Shown here: positions 19,887 to 29,118 of the stretch, in pieces
Layout: each line of letters opens with the position of its first letter
Numbering within the stretch: the stretch's first letter is position 1
NCBI GenBank assembly: GCA_020249125.1
Contig: JADCGG010000040.1
Coordinates: 857 to 64,856 of the forward strand
From: Roseomonas sp.
GTDB lineage: Bacteria > Pseudomonadota > Alphaproteobacteria > Acetobacterales > Acetobacteraceae
DNA length: 64,000 bases
Reading direction: 5' to 3'
Made by a program: the position numbers and the translations under genes
Notes under the pieces: model-generated
Seen by the model: only the letters and a program-made list of their open reading frames with translations
Database searches by the model: none
What the model was told of the DNA's origin: nothing

Positions 19887-21326
19887 ATGGCCGAGAAAAT
19901 GCTGCAATTCGTGCGCCTGGCGCAGCACCAGCCGGATAAGCGGGCCGCCACCGACCGCCGCGCCGATTGGGCCGAGGTCTATCGCCCTTTCGTGGCCGAA
20001 GCGGCCTCAGAACAGGCATCGCGCTGTTCGCAATGCGGGGTGCCCTTCTGTCAGGTGCATTGCCCGCTCAATAACAACATCCCGGATTGGCTGAAGCTGA
20101 CCGCCGAGGGCCGGCTAGAAGAAGCCTATGAAGTGGCCTCGGCCACCAATAATTTCCCGGAAATTTGCGGCCGCGTTTGCCCTCAGGACAGGCTATGCGA
20201 AGGCAATTGCGTGATCGAAAAGGGCTTCAATTCGGTCACGATTGGCGCGGTGGAAAAATACATCACCGATACGGCCTGGGAGAATGGCTGGGTGAAGCCC
20301 CCCAAGCCCGTGCGCGAAAGGGCAGAGAGCATCGGCATTATCGGCGCCGGCCCCGCCGGCATGGCAGCGGCGGAACGGCTGCGCGTGCTGGGCTTTCAGG
20401 TGGTGATTTATGACCGGCATGACCGCGCCGGCGGCCTGATGATTTACGGCATCCCGAATTTCAAGTTGGAGAAGGATGTGGTGCTGCGGCGCTGGCAGCA
20501 ATATGCCGAAGGCGGCATTGAATTACGGCTGAATTGCGCGGTGGGGCGCGATATTTCACTTGCCGAATTGCGCCGTAAACATGCCGCGGTGCTGATTGCG
20601 ACCGGTGTCTATAAGGCGCGCGATATCGCTGTGCCGGGCGCTGATCTGCTTGGCGTGGTGGCGGCGCTGGATTATCTGATCGCGTCCAACCGCAAGGGCC
20701 TGGGTGATGCCGTGCCGGCGTTTGATTCCGGCGCGCTGAATGCCGAAGGCCGCCATGTGGTGGTGATTGGCGGCGGCGATACCGCGATGGATTGCGTGCG
20801 CACTGCAACGCGGCAGGGGGCGGCTTCTGTCACCTGCCTTTATCGGCGCGACAAGGCGAATATGCCGGGGTCCATGCGCGAAGTTTATAACGCCGAAGAA
20901 GAAGGTGTGCGCTTTGAATGGCTCGCCGCGCCGGAAGCCTTTGAAGGCAAGAAGCAAGTGCAGGCTGTGCGCGCGGTGCGGATGCATCTTGGCCTGCCGG
21001 ACGCCACGGGCCGCCAGCAGGTGGAAGCCATTACGGGCAGTCATTTCACGGTGACGGCGGATTTGGTGATCAAGGCGCTGGGCTTTGACCCGGAAGATTT
21101 GCCGGCAATGTTTGAAGAACCCGCGCTTGCCGTCACGCGCTGGGGCACGCTGAAGGTGGATCATCGCAGCATGATGACAGCGCTGCCTGGCGTTTTCGCC
21201 GCCGGCGATATCGTGCGCGGTGCATCGCTGGTGGTGTGGGGCATTCGCGATGGCCGCGATGTGGCGGAACAGATCGCGGCTTTTGTTGACGCGGGCCATT
21301 CAAGCATAGCCGTCGCGGCGGAGTGA
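19887..21326 (+). CDS. gltD: Glutamate synthase small (beta) subunit
   Basis: RCSQCGVPFCQVHCP and CGRVCPQDRLCEGNC Fe-S motifs, GAGPAG, GGGDTAMDC, AAGDIVRGASLVVW. Confidence 0.97.
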   Translation: MAEKMLQFVRLAQHQPDKRAATDRRADWAEVYRPFVAEAASEQASRCSQCGVPFCQVHCPLNNNIPDWLKLTAEGRLEEAYEVASATNNFPEICGRVCPQDRLCEGNCVIEKGFNSVTIGAVEKYITDTAWENGWVKPPKPVRERAESIGIIGAGPAGMAAAERLRVLGFQVVIYDRHDRAGGLMIYGIPNFKLEKDVVLRRWQQYAEGGIELRLNCAVGRDISLAELRRKHAAVLIATGVYKARDIAVPGADLLGVVAALDYLIASNRKGLGDAVPAFDSGALNAEGRHVVVIGGGDTAMDCVRTATRQGAASVTCLYRRDKANMPGSMREVYNAEEEGVRFEWLAAPEAFEGKKQVQAVRAVRMHLGLPDATGRQQVEAITGSHFTVTADLVIKALGFDPEDLPAMFEEPALAVTRWGTLKVDHRSMMTALPGVFAAGDIVRGASLVVWGIRDGRDVAEQIAAFVDAGHSSIAVAAE

Positions 21327-21328
21327 TG

Positions 21329-24300
21329 ATGATGAATAATATCGCACAAGACATCGCCCTGATGCGTGCCGAAGCCGCGCGCCTTTCGCGTGAAGCGCAT
21401 CTGGACTTGACCGAACATGATGCCTGCGGCGTTGGGCTTGTTGCCGCGCTGGATGGCAAACCTCGGCGCGAAGTGGTGCAGGCTGGTATTGATGCGCTGC
21501 GCGCCGTTTGGCATCGCGGCGCGGTGGATGCTGATGGCAAGACCGGCGATGGTGCTGGCATCCATATTGAAATCCCGCAGGATTTCTTCGCCGCCGTGGT
21601 GGAACGCGGCGGTGATCGGCTGCGCCCCGGGCGGATTGCGGTGGGGCAGGTGTTTTTGCCGAAATCCGATCTGGGCGCGCAGGAACGCTGCCGCCAGATT
21701 GTGGAAACCGAAATCCTCAACGCCGGCTATGCCATTTATGGCTGGCGGCAAGTGCCGATCAATGTTGCCTGCATCGGCGAAAAGGCCAATGCAACGCGGC
21801 CTGAGATTGAACAAATCCTGATCCATGACCCGGAACAGCGCGATATCGGTACGGTTGAACGGGACATGTATGTCATCCGTCGCCGGATCGAAAAGCAGGC
21901 TATCGCGGCGCAGATTGCGGAGCTTTATCTGTGTTCGCTCTCTGGCCGGTCCATCATCTACAAGGGTATGTTCCTCGCGGAAGCGCTGACGGAATTCTAC
22001 CCCGATTTGCTGGATGAACGTTTCATCAGCCGCTTTGCCATTTACCATCAGCGCTATTCCACCAATACCTTTCCCACCTGGCGTCTGGCGCAACCCTTCC
22101 GCACGCTGGCGCATAATGGCGAAATCAATACGCTGCATGGAAATGTGAATTGGATGAAGTCGCACGAGACGCGGCTATCCCATCCGCTGCTTGATCCCTT
22201 TATGGATGATATCAAGCCCGTGGTGCAGGCCGGCGGTTCGGATACCGCCACGCTTGATAATGTGTTCGAATTGCTGGTGCGCGCGGGCCGCGATGCACCC
22301 ATGGCCAAGGCGCTGCTGATCCCGGAAAGCCTTGGCAATAACGCCACCATGCCGCCCACGCATCGCGACCTGTTCTTGTACTGCAACGCCGTGATGGAAC
22401 CCTGGGATGGCCCGGCGGCAATTTGCGCCACTGATGGGCGCTGGGTGGTCGCAGGGCTGGATCGCAATGGTTTGCGGCCCTTGCGTTATACCATCACGCA
22501 ATCCGATTTGCTGATTGTCGGTTCCGAAACCGGCATGGTGAAAATCGCCGAGGATCAGGTGGCGAAGAAGGGCCGCGTCGGTCCCGGCCAATGCATCGGC
22601 GTTGATCTGGAGGAAGGCCTTTTCTTTGAAGATACGGCGCTGAAGGATTTGATTTCCGCGCGCAAGCCCTTCGGCCAATGGACCGCGCGCACGACGCGCA
22701 TTGATGAGATTGTGAAGGCGGAGGCCGATGAACGCGCCAATCTGACCGGCGAGGATTTGCGTCGCCGTCAGCTTTCGGTTGGCTATACTTTGGAAGAATT
22801 GGAATCCATCCTGCATCCCATGGTGGAAGACGCCAATGAGGCTGTGGGGTCCATGGGTGATGATACACCCATTGCGGTGCTGTCAGACCAGTATCGCGGC
22901 CTGCATCATTATTTCCGCCAGGCCTTCAGCCAGGTGACCAACCCGCCGATTGACAGCCTGCGCGAAACGCGGGTGATGACGCTGAAAACGCGGCTCGGCA
23001 ATCTTGGCAATATCCTGGATGAAGACCCGACGCAGTGCGACATGCTGATGCTGGATAGCCCTGTGCTGTCCAATGCCGAATTTGACGCCATGCGCGCCTA
23101 TATGGGTGCCACGGCCTGCGTGGTGGATTGCACCTTTCCTGTCATGGAAGGCGAAGCGGGGCTGCGTCGCCATATTGAACGCATCCGGCGCGAAGCCGAA
23201 GAAGGCGTGCGGTCCGGCTGCGCCCATGTGATCCTTACGGATGAAGCGCAATGCGCCGAACGCGCCGTGATTCCCATGATCCTTTCTGTCGGCGCGGTGC
23301 AGACGCATCTGGTGAAGAATGGGCTGCGCACCTTTACCTCGCTCAATGTCCGTGTCGCGGAAAGCCTTGATGTGCATTATGTCGCGGTGCTGATTGGCGC
23401 GGGCGCCACCACGGTGAACGCCTATCTGGCGCAGGAAAGCATTGCGGATCGGCATCGGCGCGGCCTGTTTGGCGCCATGTCCCTGCGTGAAGCGGTGGGG
23501 CGCTACAAGAAGGCGGTGGATAAGGGCTTGCTCAAGATCATGTCCAAGATGGGGATTGGCGTATTGTCATCCTATCGCGGCGGCATGAATTTCGAAGCCA
23601 TTGGCCTTTCCCGCGCGCTGGTCGCGGAGTTTTTCCCCGGCACGCCTTCACGCATTTCCGGCATTGGTCTTTCCGGCATTGCGCGCCGCTTATTGGCGCT
23701 GCATGCGAAAGCTTGGGCTGAAGGCGCGGTAACGCTGCCGATTGGCGGGCTCTACAAGCTGCGCCGACGTGGCGAAGCGCATGCTTTCGATGGCACGCTG
23801 ATCCATACGCTGCAAAGCGCGGTGGAGAGTGAAAGCTACCAGACTTTCAAGCGCTATTCCGATGCCGTGCGCCGCCTACCGCCTGTGGCGCTGCGCGATC
23901 TGCTCGATTTCCGCACTGAAGGCCGCGCGCCGATTGCACTGGAAGAGGTGGAAAGCATCACGGAAATCCGCAAGCGTTTGGTCGCCCCCGGCATTTCACT
24001 CGGCGCACTCAGCCCCGAAGCGCATGAAACGCTCTCCATCGCCATGAACCGCATTGGTGCGCGCAGCGATTCTGGCGAAGGTGGCGAAGACCCGGCCCGC
24101 GCCAAGCCACGCGCCAATGGTGATAACGCCAATTCTGCGATCAAGCAGATTGCCTCTGGCCGCTTTGGCGTCACGGCGGAATACCTGAACAATTGCCGAG
24201 AGATTGAAATCAAGGTCGCGCAAGGGGCCAAGCCTGGTGAGGGCGGGCAATTGCCCGGCTTCAAGGTGACGGGGCTGATCGCCAAGCTGCGCCATTCCAC

Positions 24301-25861
24301 GCCGGGGGTGATGCTGATCAGCCCGCCGCCGCATCATGACATCTATTCCATCGAGGATTTGGCGCAGCTTATCTATGATCTGAAGCAGATCAACCCGGAT
24401 GCGACGGTGTGCGTGAAGCTGGTCAGCCGTTCCGGCATCGGCACGATTGCCGCAGGGGTCGCGAAGGCCAAGGCCGATGCGATTCTGGTTTCCGGCCATT
24501 CCGGCGGCACCGGCGCATCGCCGCAATCTTCCATCAAATATGCCGGGCTGCCCTGGGAAATGGGGCTTTCTGAAACCCATCAGGTGCTGTTGCTCAATCG
24601 GTTGCGCCATCGCGTGAAACTGCGTACCGATGGTGGCATCAAGACCGGGCGTGATGTGGTGATTGCCGCCATGCTGGGCGCCGAGGAATTTGGCATTGGC
24701 ACTGCATCCCTGGTCGCCATGGGCTGCATCATGGTCCGCCAATGCCATTCCAATACCTGCCCGGTTGGTGTCTGCACGCAGGATGAGGCGCTGCGCGCCA
24801 AATTTGCCGGCAGCCCTGAGAAGGTCATCAATCTTTTCTCCTTCGTCGCGGAAGAAGTACGCGAGATTCTGGCCAGCCTTGGCATGCGGAAACTGACGGA
24901 TGTGATTGGCCGCACCGATCTGCTGCAACAAGTCAGCCGCGGGTCTGAGGATTTGGATGACCTCGATCTCAACCCGCTGCTGGTGCAGGCCGATGCCGGC
25001 CCCTATCCGGCTTATTGCACGCTGGAAGGCCGCAATGAGGTCCCGGAGACTTTGGATGCCGAGATGATCCGCGATGCGGATGCGCTCTTCCGCCATGGCG
25101 AGAAGATGCAGTTGCAATACAATATCCGCAACACGCATCGCGCCATCGGCACCAAGGTATCATCGCGCATCGTGCGGCAATTCGGCATGAATGGTCTGCA
25201 AGCCGGGCATTTGACCGTGCGGCTGCGCGGCAGCGCCGGGCAATCGCTTGGCGCTTTTGGTGTGCGCGGCTTGAAGCTGGAAGTCTTTGGCGATGCCAAT
25301 GATTATGTCGGCAAGGGGCTTTCCGGCGCTTCCATTGTGGTGCGCCCCGCGCCCGCTTCCGCGATCATCTGGAATGAGAATACCATCATCGGCAATACGG
25401 TGCTTTATGGCGCCACGGCTGGGGAGCTTTTCGCCGCCGGCCAGGCGGGTGAGCGCTTCGCCGTGCGCAATTCCGGCGCCATTGCCGTGGTGGAAGGCTG
25501 CGGCGCCAATGGCTGCGAATACATGACCGGCGGGACGGTGGTGATCCTGGGCGCCGTTGGCGATAATTACGGCGCAGGTTTCACCGGCGGCCAGGCTTTT
25601 ATTTATGATGCGGATGGCAGTTTCGAAAAGCGCATCAATCCCGAAACGCTGCTTTGGTCGCGCCTTGCACATCCGCATTGGGAAGAAGCGCTGCGTGATC
25701 TGATCGCGCGCCATGTGGCGGAAACCGGCAGCCGTTTTGCCGCGCGGCTGTTGAATGAATGGGCGACAGAACGCGGGCGCTTCTGGCATGTGGTGCCGAA
25801 GGAATATGCCAAGTATCTGCCGGTGCCCATGAACGAAGCGCAAGCCATTGCGGCGGAATGA
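21329..25861 (+). CDS. gltB: Glutamate synthase large (alpha) subunit
   Basis: EHDACGVG N-terminal Cys, HQRYSTNT, AHNGEINT, EPWDGPA, IKVAQGAKPGEGGQLPG, CIMVRQCHSNTCPVGVC, GANGCEYMTGG. Start is one of ATG 21326/21329/21332. Confidence 0.98.
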   Translation: MMNNIAQDIALMRAEAARLSREAHLDLTEHDACGVGLVAALDGKPRREVVQAGIDALRAVWHRGAVDADGKTGDGAGIHIEIPQDFFAAVVERGGDRLRPGRIAVGQVFLPKSDLGAQERCRQIVETEILNAGYAIYGWRQVPINVACIGEKANATRPEIEQILIHDPEQRDIGTVERDMYVIRRRIEKQAIAAQIAELYLCSLSGRSIIYKGMFLAEALTEFYPDLLDERFISRFAIYHQRYSTNTFPTWRLAQPFRTLAHNGEINTLHGNVNWMKSHETRLSHPLLDPFMDDIKPVVQAGGSDTATLDNVFELLVRAGRDAPMAKALLIPESLGNNATMPPTHRDLFLYCNAVMEPWDGPAAICATDGRWVVAGLDRNGLRPLRYTITQSDLLIVGSETGMVKIAEDQVAKKGRVGPGQCIGVDLEEGLFFEDTALKDLISARKPFGQWTARTTRIDEIVKAEADERANLTGEDLRRRQLSVGYTLEELESILHPMVEDANEAVGSMGDDTPIAVLSDQYRGLHHYFRQAFSQVTNPPIDSLRETRVMTLKTRLGNLGNILDEDPTQCDMLMLDSPVLSNAEFDAMRAYMGATACVVDCTFPVMEGEAGLRRHIERIRREAEEGVRSGCAHVILTDEAQCAERAVIPMILSVGAVQTHLVKNGLRTFTSLNVRVAESLDVHYVAVLIGAGATTVNAYLAQESIADRHRRGLFGAMSLREAVGRYKKAVDKGLLKIMSKMGIGVLSSYRGGMNFEAIGLSRALVAEFFPGTPSRISGIGLSGIARRLLALHAKAWAEGAVTLPIGGLYKLRRRGEAHAFDGTLIHTLQSAVESESYQTFKRYSDAVRRLPPVALRDLLDFRTEGRAPIALEEVESITEIRKRLVAPGISLGALSPEAHETLSIAMNRIGARSDSGEGGEDPARAKPRANGDNANSAIKQIASGRFGVTAEYLNNCREIEIKVAQGAKPGEGGQLPGFKVTGLIAKLRHSTPGVMLISPPPHHDIYSIEDLAQLIYDLKQINPDATVCVKLVSRSGIGTIAAGVAKAKADAILVSGHSGGTGASPQSSIKYAGLPWEMGLSETHQVLLLNRLRHRVKLRTDGGIKTGRDVVIAAMLGAEEFGIGTASLVAMGCIMVRQCHSNTCPVGVCTQDEALRAKFAGSPEKVINLFSFVAEEVREILASLGMRKLTDVIGRTDLLQQVSRGSEDLDDLDLNPLLVQADAGPYPAYCTLEGRNEVPETLDAEMIRDADALFRHGEKMQLQYNIRNTHRAIGTKVSSRIVRQFGMNGLQAGHLTVRLRGSAGQSLGAFGVRGLKLEVFGDANDYVGKGLSGASIVVRPAPASAIIWNENTIIGNTVLYGATAGELFAAGQAGERFAVRNSGAIAVVEGCGANGCEYMTGGTVVILGAVGDNYGAGFTGGQAFIYDADGSFEKRINPETLLWSRLAHPHWEEALRDLIARHVAETGSRFAARLLNEWATERGRFWHVVPKEYAKYLPVPMNEAQAIAAE

Positions 25862-25868
25862 GCAAACC

Positions 25869-26264
25869 ATGAACCTCGATCAACTACGCCATTACCAAAG
25901 CAAGCTGGCCTATGAGATGGATTCCTGGGATCTCCATGTCGCGCTCAGCAATGGAGAGGCGCTTGTGGTGGTCGATGGCCGTTCCGAAGCTGCCTTTGCA
26001 CAGGAACACATCCCCGGCGCCATCAACCTGCCGCATCGGGGCATTTGCACCTTCACCACCGAGGCTTTGGATAAGTCAAAAACCTATATCTGCTATTGCG
26101 ATGGGATTGGCTGCAATGCTTCAACCAAGACGGCGCTGAAAATGCTGACACTCGGCTTTCAGGTGCGCGAATTGATCGGCGGCTTGGATTGGTGGAAGCG
26201 TGATGGCTATCAGACAGAGGGTGAACAGGGGCGGGGTGGCACGCCGCTTGGCTGCGGCTGCTGA
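25869..26264 (+). CDS. Single-domain rhodanese-like protein with C-terminal CGC
   Basis: VVDGRS...HIPGAINLP, YCDGIGCNAST active-site loop, VRELIGGLDWW. Confidence 0.9.
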   Translation: MNLDQLRHYQSKLAYEMDSWDLHVALSNGEALVVVDGRSEAAFAQEHIPGAINLPHRGICTFTTEALDKSKTYICYCDGIGCNASTKTALKMLTLGFQVRELIGGLDWWKRDGYQTEGEQGRGGTPLGCGC

Positions 26265-26268
26265 AGCC

Positions 26269-29118
26269 TTATCGCTGTTCCGCCCGCCAGCGTGCCCAGG
26301 GCGCAATATCGGGCAAGCGCTGCGGCGCCGCGGCTGGGCCTGAAAAACGCAGCCCAATCTCGGGCGCCTCAGCCACCGGTGGGCGTAGCGCGAAGCCAAG
26401 GTCCAGCACTTGGCGCGGTAAATCCATCGATCCAGTGATACGGGCCGAAACGCCACCCTCCCCCACCACATTCATTCCTTGCAACGAAATCCGTCCGGCA
26501 GCGATTTGCCAGCCACCTTCCAGCCGCTCCACCGCCGTTGCGCCACCGAAAAGGGCGCGGCGCAGGGCGGCCTCTGCTGCCACAGGATCAGCAAGACCCG
26601 CCGCGGCATAGGCATCACGCAGCGCCATCCCAGCCAGGACGCCATCCGCAAGCAGGAAACGCCCGGACCCTTCCAAGGATGAAATCAGCGCCGATGGTGC
26701 ATGTCCCGATCCAGCCAGGCGACCCGCCAGCACTATCCTGCCAGCGGCAAGGTCAAGCGGCAGATCGAAGATCGGGTGCGCGAGTGTTGCGCCGGCAATC
26801 TCAAAATCGCCTTCCAAGCGCGGGGCTTGCGCGCCGGCATCCAGAATACCGCGTACTTCCATCTGGCCACCGGCAAGCGCGGTACGAAAGCCTTCAAGGC
26901 GAAGCCGGCCCGCTTCAAGCGTCAGTGTCGCCTCAGCATTTTCTACCGCCGGCAGGCCCGAAACTGCGATGCGCGTGGCGTTGAGGCTGAGTGCGCCGTC
27001 CAGCACCGCCAAAAAAGCCAATGGCAGCGGTTCCTGATCCTTTGGATCAAGCGCTGGCAAGGCCAGGTTTTCCGCAGCAATACGCAGCGCCAGCTTGGGC
27101 CTTGCGTTGTTCAATTCCAGCCGAGCTTCCCCTTCAAGCCGCGCCTCAGCCGCCACAAGCGTGAAGAAAGGTAGCGAGAAGACGCTGCCTTCCGCAGCGA
27201 TGCGCGCAATAAAGGAAGCCGAGCCCTCACCCATCCAGCCGGGCTCCTCTCGGCCGAGCGAAAGCGCGAAAAGCCGCGCCGCGCTGGGGTGGCGAAAGGT
27301 CAGGCTGCCCTCACCACGCGCCTTTGGCAAATCGAACACGCCATTCGCGTCAAGCCGTGCATCCTCAAGCGAGATATCGGCGTTGACTGACAGCGCTTCA
27401 GCCGAACCATTGCCCTGAAGGCGGAGCGAAACCGGCAGTACTGCCAAACCGGCGGGCAGATTAAGCGCTTCACTCAGCAATGGTGGCAGGGCGCTCGCCA
27501 TGGGGGCGGCGATTTCAAGCGTGGCATCGGTAAGGCTTGGCGCGGTACCAAGACTGACGCTGCCCGATGCCGAAAGGCTGGCGCTGCCCTGACGGGCCGA
27601 AAAGCGCTGGAGCGAAAGGCGGCCTGCATCCAGCGTCGCTTCCAGCGCCACGCCATCCAAAGCCTGCCCCTGCCATTCCACCTTACCCGCTGTCAGGCGC
27701 AGATTGGCATCGAAGCCTTGCAAGGCGTCATTCACTGCCGGCCAAGTCAGGCTCTCAGAAAGCACCCCATCCAGTGACAGCGCATCAATGGAAAGCCCAA
27801 GCCCAAGCGCGGGCCGCGCGCCCAACCGCAAAGCGCCGGCCCCGGCGTAGCGCCCGCCATCCAGTAGCAGGGAAAATTCCGGCGCCTCGATCAGGTTTGG
27901 TTCCAGCACCAAGCGCCCGCGGCCTTCAAAGCGGCGCAGCCTTGCGGGGTCTGGCGCTGCCACCGCAAAGCCAAAGGCAGCAAGGCTATCGCGCAGGCTG
28001 GGGCCGGAGACGCTCAACGCCAATTCCAGCCTTTCGCCAAGCGTCGCACCGCGCGCTTCAAGTTCTGCATCGCCGGGCAAAAGTGCTGCGATATCCGTTA
28101 GCGTCATGCGCGCGCCATCGCGGGCGATGCCGGCCTTGAAGCGGCGCAATTCGCGCCCCTGCCAGCGAGCGGCTTCGGCAGCGATGTCGAGAACGATGGG
28201 GAAGGGCCAATCACGCGCACCACGCATGGCGGCGATCCAGGGGTCCAGATCCAGCCGGTTCATGGTGATGGCCAGATCCATCTTCGCTTCAGGCGCCAAC
28301 TGGATTTCCGCCGCAGCCCTGCCGGCGCCGCCATCAAATTCCACGGCCAGATCGGGGGCGATGATCCGGTCTTCACTCGCGCGCATGCGGCCGGAGATTC
28401 GGAAGGGCAGCGCGGGTGCCGGCAGAAAGGCCGAAAGATAGGCGCCGGAAGCTTCAAGCCGCCCCTCATAGCCACCTTCGGCGAGCAAGGCACCGCGCGT
28501 GAGAAGGCTGGCGCCCTGGCCATTAAGGCGCAATTCCAGCGTGCCGATGCCGTCATAGCCGGGCCGGCCCAAAACGGCCTGGAAGCGTGCCTCCGCCCCC
28601 GCGCGGCGAAAGCTGCCTTCTAGCCGCACCGCATCCAGAGGTCCGGGGGCAACCAGGCGCGCGGCGACATTTTCAAAGGCCACTTCGCCCAGCGTCACGC
28701 GGCTTGCTTCGATGCGCGCGGCGAAATCGGAAAGCCAGGGCGGAGGACGCCAGGCGCCAGCGGCGGGCAGCGGCCAGGGTAGGCGGATATCAGCACCCAC
28801 CAGCACCAGGTCGCGCGCTTCAAACCGCCCCATCAGCAGGGGTGTCAGGCCAAGCTTCAGCCGCAGGGTTTGCGCCTTCACGCCAAGCCCACCTTCTTCG
28901 CGGCCCAGATGCACCTCATCCGCTTCGATCAGGGGCTGTGGCAGCAGCACAACGCGAAGCGGCCCCTGCAAAGCGACCGGCCGACCGAGCCGTTCAGAGG
29001 CGAGTGCGGCCAAGCGACCGCGCTGCCCTTCCCAGGAAATCAGGCGCGGCCCGATCCAGGCCGCCGCAAGCGAGACCCCGACCAGCAAAAGCGCGAAAAG
29101 GGCGCGATGCGATTTCAG
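26269..29118 (-). CDS. AsmA-like family outer-envelope bridge protein
   Basis: N-terminal TM anchor, [19 protein letters not shown], long beta-rich repeats, C-terminal [15 protein letters not shown]. The frame is open to a CTG at 29118 overlapping the upstream stop; the track starts at TTG 29088. Confidence 0.82.
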   Translation of the reverse strand: MKSHRALFALLLVGVSLAAAWIGPRLISWEGQRGRLAALASERLGRPVALQGPLRVVLLPQPLIEADEVHLGREEGGLGVKAQTLRLKLGLTPLLMGRFEARDLVLVGADIRLPWPLPAAGAWRPPPWLSDFAARIEASRVTLGEVAFENVAARLVAPGPLDAVRLEGSFRRAGAEARFQAVLGRPGYDGIGTLELRLNGQGASLLTRGALLAEGGYEGRLEASGAYLSAFLPAPALPFRISGRMRASEDRIIAPDLAVEFDGGAGRAAAEIQLAPEAKMDLAITMNRLDLDPWIAAMRGARDWPFPIVLDIAAEAARWQGRELRRFKAGIARDGARMTLTDIAALLPGDAELEARGATLGERLELALSVSGPSLRDSLAAFGFAVAAPDPARLRRFEGRGRLVLEPNLIEAPEFSLLLDGGRYAGAGALRLGARPALGLGLSIDALSLDGVLSESLTWPAVNDALQGFDANLRLTAGKVEWQGQALDGVALEATLDAGRLSLQRFSARQGSASLSASGSVSLGTAPSLTDATLEIAAPMASALPPLLSEALNLPAGLAVLPVSLRLQGNGSAEALSVNADISLEDARLDANGVFDLPKARGEGSLTFRHPSAARLFALSLGREEPGWMGEGSASFIARIAAEGSVFSLPFFTLVAAEARLEGEARLELNNARPKLALRIAAENLALPALDPKDQEPLPLAFLAVLDGALSLNATRIAVSGLPAVENAEATLTLEAGRLRLEGFRTALAGGQMEVRGILDAGAQAPRLEGDFEIAGATLAHPIFDLPLDLAAGRIVLAGRLAGSGHAPSALISSLEGSGRFLLADGVLAGMALRDAYAAAGLADPVAAEAALRRALFGGATAVERLEGGWQIAAGRISLQGMNVVGEGGVSARITGSMDLPRQVLDLGFALRPPVAEAPEIGLRFSGPAAAPQRLPDIAPWARWRAEQR

